Shown: piece after piece, positions 10,232-18,815 of the stretch
How the letters are laid out: each line of letters opens with the position of its first letter
Numbering within the stretch: the stretch's first letter is position 1
Origin: Alkalispirochaeta sp.
GTDB lineage: Bacteria > Spirochaetota > Spirochaetia > DSM-27196 > Alkalispirochaetaceae
NCBI GenBank assembly: GCA_965242725.1
Contig: CBDESZ010000031.1
Span: forward strand, 88,721 to 152,720
Direction of reading: 5' to 3'
DNA: 64,000 bases
Translations under genes and position numbers: made by a program
The notes under the pieces: generated by a model
What the model was told of the DNA's origin: nothing
The model's database searches: none
The model's input: only the letters and a program-made list of their open reading frames with translations

Positions 10232-11259
10232 CACTGAAAGATATTGCACAACTCGCAGGAACCAGTGTTGCCACCGTATCGCGCAGTCTGAATGACAGCC
10301 ATCTTGTCGCGGATGAGACGAGGCGAAGAATCAAGGCAATAGCGGCAGAACATGGCTTCGAGTTCAATGCAAGTGCCCGCGGCCTCGTTACGAGAACGAC
10401 CGGTACGATCGGCGTTATTCTCCCTGAGAACTACGACCGATTTGATGTATTGCTCTACCATGCGGCGCTGCATAACGATTTCCGGATGAGTCTGGAACGG
10501 GCAGATAAGGATATGATTGTCGCGTTTCTGACGAATCGTTTCAGCGGGCTTCGGAACGTTGAAAAACTCGTTATGCGCAAGAAAGTAGACGGGCTGATTA
10601 TCGTTCAGTCGGCCATTGATCAGGAGACGGTGCGGTATCTCAGGCGACGGAACGTACCGTTCGTCATGACCCAGTATCCTCCCGCCGAACCGGATCCGGA
10701 CTACGACGTGGTCTATTCCGACAACTGGACGGGGGGCAAGCTGGTTGCCGACCACTTTATTGAACGAGGCTTTTCCTCATGTGCATGTATCACCGGCGGT
10801 GACGAGGCGCAGTCACGGCAGCGTCTCGCCGGCTTTCTGGACACCATGTCCGCCCACGGAATCACCGTTCCCGATGACCTGATTCTGACCGGAGACTTTC
10901 AGAGCGATACGGCGGTACGTCTGGTCAGAGAACATCTCGACAAACTACAGGGAGTTGAGGCACTTTTTGCGGTCAATGATCTTATGGCGTTTGGCGCGAT
11001 GCAGATACTGCAGGCGTCGGGGCGGCGCGTACCCGACGACATCGCCGTCGTCGGGTATGACGATACGCCCCTCGCGGAAATCACGTTACCCGGTCTTACC
11101 TCTGTTCACCAGTCCCGGGAGGAGATCGCGTTACTCGCGTGTCAGCTCCTCCTTGAGCGCGTCGAGGAGTATGTGGACGAACCTGCCCGGTATCACGAGC
11201 ACCGGGCGATTGCGATCCAGCCGCGCCTGATCGTCCGGGAAAGCTCGCACGGACGATAA
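10228..11259 (+). CDS. LacI-family transcriptional regulator
   Basis: TLKDIAQLAGTSVATVSRSLN HTH; VPDDIAVVGYDD; LIVRESS C-terminus. Confidence 0.95.
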   Translation: MTLKDIAQLAGTSVATVSRSLNDSHLVADETRRRIKAIAAEHGFEFNASARGLVTRTTGTIGVILPENYDRFDVLLYHAALHNDFRMSLERADKDMIVAFLTNRFSGLRNVEKLVMRKKVDGLIIVQSAIDQETVRYLRRRNVPFVMTQYPPAEPDPDYDVVYSDNWTGGKLVADHFIERGFSSCACITGGDEAQSRQRLAGFLDTMSAHGITVPDDLILTGDFQSDTAVRLVREHLDKLQGVEALFAVNDLMAFGAMQILQASGRRVPDDIAVVGYDDTPLAEITLPGLTSVHQSREEIALLACQLLLERVEEYVDEPARYHEHRAIAIQPRLIVRESSHGR

Positions 11260-11296
11260 GGAACGGATAGCTCGATCCTTCGCCGCCAATCGTTCA

Positions 11297-12286
11297 TCAT
11301 AGATTTGCCTCCGACAGGGCGGCCAGACCGGATGCGGTTAATCCGTTCTCCTTGAGGAGGAATGCGTGGTCGCCCAGTTTCTGGAACTTGTCGCCCAGAC
11401 TTGCCATGACCTGTCGGGGTGCATTGGAGAAACCCGCCTTGTACTCGGCGACTGCGCTGCCGAGTCCACCTATGGGTGAGTGCTCCTCAACCGTTACAAC
11501 GAGCCTGTTTTCCGCAAATACGGAATCGAGCATGTCGGTATCCAGAGGTTTTACCGTGTGCATATCGATTACACGTGTCGAAATACCCCTGGACTCAAGG
11601 ATCTCCGCCGCGCCGACGGATTCAGACAGGAGAGAGCCGCAGGAGATCAACGCGACATCGGTACCCTTTCGGTATTCGATAGCTCTTCCTATTTGAAAAT
11701 CAAAATCGTCCTGGTACATCACCGGAAAGCCGGGTCCTCCGGTCAGTCGGATATATACCGGTCCATCGTGATCGGCGGCGGCACGTAACGCTTTGTGAAC
11801 CGTCAGCGGATCAGACGGCGCAATGACGGTAAAGTTGGGAATTGCCCGGGTCACAGCTATGTCATCCATCGCATAGTGTGTATTGCCAAGAGGGCCGAAG
11901 CGGACACCCGCCTCAATCGAGACAACTGTGGCTTTCAGATTCATATAGGCGAGGGTGTCCCGCATCTGCTCGGCAGTGCGCATAGGCACGATCGCCGCGA
12001 GGGCAACGGCAAACGGCAGTATTCCCTCGACGGCGAGGCCCGCGGAAAAATCGATAAGGTTTTGCTCTGCGATACCGACGTCAAAAAACCGATCAGGATA
12101 GGTGTCTCTGAATCCGGTGAGTCTGGCGGTAGGGGTGAGGTCGGCCGTTACGGTGACCATTTCCGGCCGTTCAGCGGCGAGCATCACCAGGGTGTCGCCC
12201 AATACATTTCGATGGCCCAGGCGGGACCACTCCTGCAGTTGTTCTGCAGACACCTTTGTCATAGCAGCTTCTCGGCCGTCATTCAT
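11297..12286 (-). CDS. Split transketolase, C-terminal (pyrimidine-binding) subunit
   Basis: DVGIAEQN, GPVYIRL, VKPLD, VEEH; non-canonical GPLGNTHY in place of GEDGPTHQ. Confidence 0.92.
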   Translation of the reverse strand: MNDGREAAMTKVSAEQLQEWSRLGHRNVLGDTLVMLAAERPEMVTVTADLTPTARLTGFRDTYPDRFFDVGIAEQNLIDFSAGLAVEGILPFAVALAAIVPMRTAEQMRDTLAYMNLKATVVSIEAGVRFGPLGNTHYAMDDIAVTRAIPNFTVIAPSDPLTVHKALRAAADHDGPVYIRLTGGPGFPVMYQDDFDFQIGRAIEYRKGTDVALISCGSLLSESVGAAEILESRGISTRVIDMHTVKPLDTDMLDSVFAENRLVVTVEEHSPIGGLGSAVAEYKAGFSNAPRQVMASLGDKFQKLGDHAFLLKENGLTASGLAALSEANL

Positions 12287-13115
12287 CGTTGAGCTCCTTC
12301 ATCGCCGTCTCGTAAAATTCTTTTGGTAATGATCGGGCATGCCATTCCAGGCTGTCCTCCATAAAGGAGATTCCTTTACCTTTTGTGGTGTCGGCGATAA
12401 TCACACGGGGTTTTTCACTTACTGCGTCTCTCATTTTCCTGAGAGCATCGATAACGTCGGACACCGAGTTTCCATGGCGTACTACCAGAACATCCCAACC
12501 GGCTGCGCCCCAGAGCGCCTCGATATCGATGTTCATGATTTCCTTTGTCTTACCGGCCAGTTGAACACCATTGCGGTCAACGATCGCTACCAGGTTGTTC
12601 AGCTCATTCTTTGCGGCGTTCATCGCCGACTCCCAGACGAGGCCCTCGTTGCATTCTCCGTCGCCGACAAGACAAAAGATGTTGTGCGTTTCACCTTTCA
12701 TCTTCGCCGCTTTTGCCATTCCGCAGGCGACGGAAAATCCGTGTCCCAGAGATCCGGAGGAGATTTCGATACCGTATTGCACGTTGCGGCTCGGGTGTCC
12801 TGATAGAAAACTGCCGTCGGCCTTAAAGGTGTACATTTGCTCCCTGGTGATATATCCGCTTTCCACCAGTGCGCTGTAGTAGGAAAGACATGCGTGTCCT
12901 TTGCTTTGGACAAACCGATCCCGTTGCGGCCACCGGGGATTCCCGGGATCGTGGTTCATAATGCCAAAAAAAAGTCCGGCTACAATCTCAATACTGGAGA
13001 GGGCGGGTCCAAAATGGGCTCCCCGGTCGCCGGCGACGTAGCCCATTTCAATGACGTTCCGACGCATCTTCCGTGTAATGTCTTCAATCCGTGTAATCGT
13101 CGCTTGATCGACCAT
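12279..13115 (-). CDS. Split transketolase, N-terminal (ThDP-binding) subunit
   Basis: HFGPALS, RDRFVQSKGHA, SGSLGHG, GDGECNEG, KGKG..ME...WH. Confidence 0.93.
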   Translation of the reverse strand: MVDQATITRIEDITRKMRRNVIEMGYVAGDRGAHFGPALSSIEIVAGLFFGIMNHDPGNPRWPQRDRFVQSKGHACLSYYSALVESGYITREQMYTFKADGSFLSGHPSRNVQYGIEISSGSLGHGFSVACGMAKAAKMKGETHNIFCLVGDGECNEGLVWESAMNAAKNELNNLVAIVDRNGVQLAGKTKEIMNIDIEALWGAAGWDVLVVRHGNSVSDVIDALRKMRDAVSEKPRVIIADTTKGKGISFMEDSLEWHARSLPKEFYETAMKELNDE

Positions 13116-13137
13116 TATATGATTCTCCTTGTTTCGT

Positions 13138-14028
13138 TTATCTTTGTTCCGCAATGGTGTAGAGATGCCCGCTGTAACGTCCCATTGGTATCACTCTGGC
13201 TTGTTCCCGGGCGAGTTCAATCAACCGGGGGACAGCCACCCCTGTGGTGTAGCCCATTTCCGACAACATGAATGCGAGGTCTTCTGTCGCCAGGTTTCCC
13301 GACGCACCTGGCGCAAAGGGACATCCTCCCAGCCCGCCTAATGTGGACTGGACCTTTCGGACGCCCCGTTCAATTGCGGCGAGGGTATTGACCATTCCCA
13401 TGTTGCGGGTGTCGTGAATATGAATCTGGAGATCCAATGACGGGTACTCCGCCTGGAGTGCGTCGATCGTTTCTCGCACCTGGGCGGGGTTTGCGATGCC
13501 GATCGTGTCGCAGAGCGTTACCGACGTGATCCCGCTTTGCACGTACGGCTTAAGAAAGGGTATGACGTCTTCAGGACCCTTTTTCCCTTCAAAGGGACAA
13601 CCGAATGAGGTCGCCAGGTCGAGTCCGACCTCGAGATCGGGGAGGGTGTCCCGTATCCCCGACAGTTCCGCGAAGGATTCCCCATGGAATCGCCGGGTAT
13701 TGGCGCGATTATGACTTTCACTGACGGATACGACAAAGGAAACCCATCTCATGCCCGAATCCCACGCCGCCTGTGCTCCCCGCAAGTTGGGAACCAGGGC
13801 AAACAGGTCGGCATCGGGATATTTTTCGATACATCTTTCCGTCAGCTCCCGGGCGTCTTTCATCTGGGGAACGGCCCTGGGGCTCACAAAGGAGGTGATT
13901 TGAAGATGTTTCAATCCGGAGGCGATCAGCCCGTCGATTATGCGAAGCTTGGTTTCCAGTGGAATGTATTCATCAACGTTCTGGAATCCGTCGCGGGGTC
14001 CGACTTCATAGAGTTCGACCGTCTTCAT
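13138..14028 (-). CDS. Hydroxymethylglutaryl-CoA lyase family protein (DRE-TIM)
   Basis: EVGPRDGFQN, HIHDTRNMG, GLGGCPFAPGASGNLATED. Confidence 0.93.
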   Translation of the reverse strand: MKTVELYEVGPRDGFQNVDEYIPLETKLRIIDGLIASGLKHLQITSFVSPRAVPQMKDARELTERCIEKYPDADLFALVPNLRGAQAAWDSGMRWVSFVVSVSESHNRANTRRFHGESFAELSGIRDTLPDLEVGLDLATSFGCPFEGKKGPEDVIPFLKPYVQSGITSVTLCDTIGIANPAQVRETIDALQAEYPSLDLQIHIHDTRNMGMVNTLAAIERGVRKVQSTLGGLGGCPFAPGASGNLATEDLAFMLSEMGYTTGVAVPRLIELAREQARVIPMGRYSGHLYTIAEQR

Positions 14029-15490
14029 TCCGTTTCTCCATCATCGATCCACTCTCCTTGAGTCTCCGGTACCAGGCAAAGGCTTCTTCCGGAAGCTGTG
14101 GGTGGTGGCCGCCACAGTGTCGGCGGGCATTCTGAAGGTACGACGACAATTGATCGCGGTACGAGTCGGAAGCACATCGTGCAATAATCGCGTCCGATCG
14201 CTCGTGGTCATCCAGGCCGCGCAGATCCGCCACGCCATTCTCGGTTACGACGATATCGACGTCGTGCTCACCGATATCCTGGTGGGATACCATGGGCACG
14301 ATATTGGAAATCGCACCGCCTTTTGCCGTGGAGGGAATGAGAATTACCGAGAGAGCTGCGTTCCGGGCAAAGCCCGCTCCGCCGCCGATGCCGTTCACCA
14401 CCCGGCTGCCGGCGATATGACTCGAGTTTACGTTCCCATAGATATCAATTTCGATACCGGTATTAAGGGCAACCACGCCGAGGCGACCGACGACCTCCGC
14501 ACTGTTGGTGATATCGCCATTGCGAATTACAAGGTGGTTGTGAATTTCCGGTATGTCCCGGAGGATTTCTTCAACCCGTTCGCTCATTCCCAGCCCACCG
14601 GTAGAAAGGGCGGTTGCCTTTCCCGACGCCAGAAGTTCCATAACCGGCTCAGTAATTCCGCCACAGAAAAATTGCAGGTCATGGAACGCCGATTGACGGA
14701 AGGCATCGACAACGGAATCGGCGATACTCCCGAAACCGGTCTGAATCGGCGGAAGGGTATTGCCGAGATTCCGGTATTCTCCTTCCAGGAAGGTGAAGAG
14801 ATGATCGGCGATACGCTTTGTGAGGGAAGTACCCTTCGGGGGCGTTCCCAGGCGTTCCGGTATGTTGGTTTCCACGACATGGGAAATCCGGTTCCAATCA
14901 ACCGGAATTCCACCGCTGCCGATGCGCTCATTGACTCGGGTAAGAGGAATCGGCCTGGTGTACGGCGGTGCCAGGGGAATGTACACGTCATGTAACGATT
15001 TGAGCTTCTTCGGCTGTGCCGCATTTATTTCGACGATAATCTCATCCGCCGCCGCGGTGAGGTAGTGCGTCATGCCGACGGAGCTGGTCGGGATCAGGTT
15101 GTTCTCGTCGTCAAAGCCCAGGGCTTCGACGACGGCGATATCTATTCTGCCGAAGTTGCCGTCCCGGAGCATTCGCGGCATGTTACACATCTGCTGCTCC
15201 ACGTACCGCACCGATCCTCTGTTTGTCTGAGACGCCAGTGTCTTGTCGGCGACCATCGGCGTCCGTCGTGCGATAATTTCCGCCGCGGCGAGTTTTTCAT
15301 CGAGCCAGGGTACGTTGGCACCGGTAAGGAGATTGATAGACAGCTCTTCTCCCCCCTTTTTTCGTGCCGTCAGTTCCTCCACAACTGCTTTTGGATAACC
15401 GGCCATGGCGTAACCACTCATCGCGACGGTCATTCCGCTTCGGATGGTTGCGACGGCCTCCTGTGCGGTCGAAATATCTATATTCCTCAT
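14006..15490 (-). CDS. Acetyl-CoA hydrolase/transferase family CoA-transferase (succinate CoA-transferase-like)
   Basis: AGYPKAV, EIDIYGNVNSSH, NGIGGGAGFARNA, IVPMVSH, VVTENGVADLRGL, GHHPQ. Confidence 0.9.
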   Translation of the reverse strand: MRNIDISTAQEAVATIRSGMTVAMSGYAMAGYPKAVVEELTARKKGGEELSINLLTGANVPWLDEKLAAAEIIARRTPMVADKTLASQTNRGSVRYVEQQMCNMPRMLRDGNFGRIDIAVVEALGFDDENNLIPTSSVGMTHYLTAAADEIIVEINAAQPKKLKSLHDVYIPLAPPYTRPIPLTRVNERIGSGGIPVDWNRISHVVETNIPERLGTPPKGTSLTKRIADHLFTFLEGEYRNLGNTLPPIQTGFGSIADSVVDAFRQSAFHDLQFFCGGITEPVMELLASGKATALSTGGLGMSERVEEILRDIPEIHNHLVIRNGDITNSAEVVGRLGVVALNTGIEIDIYGNVNSSHIAGSRVVNGIGGGAGFARNAALSVILIPSTAKGGAISNIVPMVSHQDIGEHDVDIVVTENGVADLRGLDDHERSDAIIARCASDSYRDQLSSYLQNARRHCGGHHPQLPEEAFAWYRRLKESGSMMEKRNEDGRTL

Positions 15491-15510
15491 GGGTACCCTT
15501 GGACGATTTC

Positions 15511-16923
15511 TCACGACCGCGGCGTGAACCCGGAGAACAGCTCTTCATCCGATGGTTCGTGGTTGGGTATTTCCCGGATGACCCATGTATTGTTCATGTA
15601 ATGTTTGAGAGCAATGTTCTCCGACGCGATGTTTCCGCCCCAGGTGCCGCAACCAAGGGAACTGGTAAAGGGCATTCCGCTGACCCAACTCCCCGTATTG
15701 GTCGCGCCCTGGGGCAGGTTCACGACGACACGAGTGGTATAGGTTCTTTCTGCGACTTTCGTCACGTTCTCCGTGGTATTGGAAAATATTCCGCACGAGT
15801 GGCCGGCCCCTGAAGAGGCGTGATTCTCGTTTATTATTCGTATTGCATCGTCGATTCCCGTGCTTTTGTAGACAGTCGTGACGAGACTCATTTTTTCTCC
15901 GGCAAACGGAGTTGAATCGCCGGTAACGTCCTCTTCGACCAGCAGAAACGATGTCCCTTCGGGAACGTCAATACCTGCAATTTCCGCGATATTCCTGACC
16001 GACGATGCGACGATATCGCGATTTATGACGCGACTATCAGGCCACTCGGGCCAGATTGCCTTTTTCAGTTTTTCTTTTTCATCCGAATTCAGGAGGTGGG
16101 CGCCGACCTTTTTAAACTCACCGAGCATGTCGGTGTACACTGATTCGTCGATGACGACGCTGTTATCGCATGAACAACCGGCGGCGAGGTCAAATGTCTT
16201 GCTGATCTTGATCTTGGCCGCAGCATCTGCGAGGTCCGCCGTCCGGTCAACCACGATGACGGAATTGCCGGCACCGACTCCGAATGCGGGTGTGCCTGAG
16301 CTGTAGGCGGCACGGACCATCTGGGCACCGCCCGTCGCCATAACCAAATCACACTGTTTCATGAGTTCGCCGGTTATCGGGACCGAAGGTTCTTTGATGG
16401 TTATGAACAGATCTTCCGGAGCGTCATACTTTTTCATCACGCCTCGAATGAGGTCAACGGTCTTGGTGGCGGTACCTTTGCTTCGCGGATGCGGTGAGAA
16501 GATTATGGCATCACGGGCCTTTACGGCAAATATCGCCTGTATGAGAGGATGCATCTCCGCCTGGGTACTTGGAACAAGTGAACCTATCACTCCCACCGGT
16601 TTTGTCAGTCTGACGAGTCCGCGCTCGGGTATCTCTTCTACAATGCCGACCGTCCTGACGTTCTTCACATCGTAAAAGACGCCGCGACATTTCACGGAGA
16701 CCTTGGTGAATTTTGACTGAACGTCACCGAGCCGACACTCCTCATAGGAGTACTCGGCAAGCTCCCTGACCAAGTTATCGTTGGCCGCAATTTCCCAGGT
16801 GATGGCTGCGGCAAGTTCATCCACCTTTGCCTGTGAGAATGTTTCAGCAATACGTTGCGCCTTCCGTGCCCGTTTCATCAACGCCGATACTATTGCCGCA
16901 GCGTCTGCTCGGTTTTGTTCCAT
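15511..16923 (-). CDS. CoA-acylating aldehyde dehydrogenase (ALDH-1)
   Basis: PVGVIGSLVPST, ATGG, GVGAGN, SKTFD...C, GEKMS, GHSCG, LGCGTWGGN. Confidence 0.9.
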   Translation of the reverse strand: MEQNRADAAAIVSALMKRARKAQRIAETFSQAKVDELAAAITWEIAANDNLVRELAEYSYEECRLGDVQSKFTKVSVKCRGVFYDVKNVRTVGIVEEIPERGLVRLTKPVGVIGSLVPSTQAEMHPLIQAIFAVKARDAIIFSPHPRSKGTATKTVDLIRGVMKKYDAPEDLFITIKEPSVPITGELMKQCDLVMATGGAQMVRAAYSSGTPAFGVGAGNSVIVVDRTADLADAAAKIKISKTFDLAAGCSCDNSVVIDESVYTDMLGEFKKVGAHLLNSDEKEKLKKAIWPEWPDSRVINRDIVASSVRNIAEIAGIDVPEGTSFLLVEEDVTGDSTPFAGEKMSLVTTVYKSTGIDDAIRIINENHASSGAGHSCGIFSNTTENVTKVAERTYTTRVVVNLPQGATNTGSWVSGMPFTSSLGCGTWGGNIASENIALKHYMNNTWVIREIPNHEPSDEELFSGFTPRS

Positions 16924-17012
16924 TTCTGCCTCCAACTTCCGTAAAGTACGAATTATGAAATTTCGTTCGAAGCGATATAGGCATCATATAGCTTTCTATC
17001 GGAATAGTAAAG

Positions 17013-17031
17013 TTTCGATTATATTTCGATT
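17013..17031. promoter_or_regulatory. Direct repeat TTTCGATT x2 (11-bp period), putative DeoR operator
   Basis: Lies in the AT-rich divergent intergenic region between ALDH-1 and DeoR. Confidence 0.45.
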
Positions 17032-17067
17032 GAAGAATATTAGGTTATGTTGTATCGTGTATATGCT

Positions 17068-17838
17068 ATGAAAGCTCAATCGATGAACCGGGTCGAAGAG
17101 ATCAGGACCCTTTTAAAGAGAAACGGTAAGGTCTATGTCGCGGACCTGAGCGCAGAGTTGGGTGTGAGCGAAGTATCAATACGGAAGTATCTGTCCAGAA
17201 TTGAACGGGAAGGGTTTGCAACACGATTTTATGGGGGTGCGGCGCTGAAAGATCCCGCTCCCGCAAACAACGCCTTGCAGGAAATCTACGATGATCCAAT
17301 TCGAACGGCCCTTGCCCGGGCAGCACGTAACCATGTTGTAGACGGTGATTCCATATTTGTCGGTTCCGGTAGGTCGTGTTGCGCCCTGGCCCACGAGCTG
17401 ACCGGGTTTACCGACCTGACCGTATTCACAAACAATATTACTGCCCTTCCGGAGCTTATTACCAACGCCTCACGGGTATATCTGATCGGCGGGGAAGTCA
17501 CCAGCACCGACAATCATACTTTGTTTTCGAGCTGGGAGTCGCCGCACGCACAAATGGAAAATATCTTCGTAAACAAGGCGTTTACAAGTGTGTCCGGAAT
17601 TGACCTGAAAGCGGGACTGACCGTTGATTCCGTTATCAGCACCCGTATTTTCAAACAGATACCCACGATGGCGCATCGCTGGTATTTGATTGCCGATGTA
17701 AAAAAGTTTGACAAGATTTCGATTTATCCCGTCGCGGAGCTCGAACAAATACACACATTAATCACCGACACACTCCCGGACCACTATGCAGAAAGACTTC
17801 GTGCGATTCGCGTCGAAATCGTTCAAAGTCCACGGTAG
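17068..17838 (+). CDS. DeoR/GlpR-family transcriptional regulator
   Basis: VADLSAELGVSEVSIRKYL HTH, YGGA, IFVGSG, VFTNN, KKFDK. Confidence 0.93.
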   Translation: MKAQSMNRVEEIRTLLKRNGKVYVADLSAELGVSEVSIRKYLSRIEREGFATRFYGGAALKDPAPANNALQEIYDDPIRTALARAARNHVVDGDSIFVGSGRSCCALAHELTGFTDLTVFTNNITALPELITNASRVYLIGGEVTSTDNHTLFSSWESPHAQMENIFVNKAFTSVSGIDLKAGLTVDSVISTRIFKQIPTMAHRWYLIADVKKFDKISIYPVAELEQIHTLITDTLPDHYAERLRAIRVEIVQSPR

Positions 17839-17851
17839 AAACCTCTTTCGT

Positions 17852-17898
17852 TTGACAGCTCCAGATTCCATGGATACAATGTTCTTATTATCAGACAA
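17852..17898 (+). promoter_or_regulatory. Sigma70 promoter TTGACA-N17-TACAAT followed by operator-like TTATTATCAGACAA
   Basis: -35 at 17852-17857, -10 at 17875-17880; the 14-mer at 17885-17898 recurs inverted at 23671-23684. Confidence 0.75.
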
Positions 17899-17939
17899 AT
17901 ACGACTCGTCGCTCGGGCGGTCGTACTTGAGGAGGCGTT

Positions 17940-18794
17940 GTGATCATACGGAGGAATGGGGAACCCTTTTCCCTTGGATATACTTCAATAACCGAGTTGG
18001 ACGGGAAAAACGGCGACATGCTCATGGACTTTGGTATTCTCAAACTCGCCGGCGGCGAATCCGTTTCCAGCGATGACCAAAAAGAACGGGCTTTCCTGTT
18101 AATGACCGGGAATGTCCGTTTTCAATGGAGCGACCCCGACGGACATCAGTCGGTTCAGATTACACGGAACAGCGTCCTCGATGAAGAGCCGACAGCCTTG
18201 CACGTGCCTGCGGGTGCCGACGTGACGGTGACGTGTATCGACGGGGAGGCAGAGATCGCGATACAGAAAGTCAAGAACTCCAAATCCTTCGCGCCCCGTC
18301 TCTGGCGTCCCGGAGACTACCGTTCAGACCGTTTTGGTGAAGGAACGCTTCAGGACACGAGCACCCGTACCGTTCGGACGATATTTGACGCTGCGACTGC
18401 ACCGGAAAGTGAAATGGTGCTGGGTGAAGTGATAAACCATCCCGGCAAGTGGTCCAGTTATCCGCCCCACGACCACGCCCAGCCGGAAGTGTATCACTAT
18501 CGGTTTTTTCCGAGTCATGGATGGGGCCACGCCGAGCAGGAAGATGATGTCTTTAAAGTCAAAAACGGCGACAGTTATGCTATTCCGCCAGGTGTGACCC
18601 ATTCGCAGTGTGCCGCTCCGGGATATACAATGTACTATATCTGGATGATTCCGCACCTTCCCGACGACCGTTTTGGTCCCGACTCGCGGATTTTTCGCAA
18701 GGAACACATGTGGGTTATGGATGGGGACGCTCCGATTTGGCCGGATGCGCCTCTCGAGACGGTTCTTGCGTATCAAACGAATCTTAAACGATAA
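17940..18794 (+). CDS. iolB: 5-deoxy-glucuronate isomerase (copy 2)
   Basis: GEVINHPGKWSSYPPHDHAQPEVYHYRF, HSQCAAPGY; TTG start after GAGGAGG. Confidence 0.85.
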   Translation: MIIRRNGEPFSLGYTSITELDGKNGDMLMDFGILKLAGGESVSSDDQKERAFLLMTGNVRFQWSDPDGHQSVQITRNSVLDEEPTALHVPAGADVTVTCIDGEAEIAIQKVKNSKSFAPRLWRPGDYRSDRFGEGTLQDTSTRTVRTIFDAATAPESEMVLGEVINHPGKWSSYPPHDHAQPEVYHYRFFPSHGWGHAEQEDDVFKVKNGDSYAIPPGVTHSQCAAPGYTMYYIWMIPHLPDDRFGPDSRIFRKEHMWVMDGDAPIWPDAPLETVLAYQTNLKR

Positions 18795-18815
18795 CATTGA
18801 CAAGATGAGGAGTAA

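Noticed and set aside
13138..14028. Leucine catabolism role for the HMG-CoA lyase
   Set aside because: No acyl-CoA dehydrogenase, methylcrotonyl-CoA carboxylase or hydratase nearby; it is in an operon with transketolase
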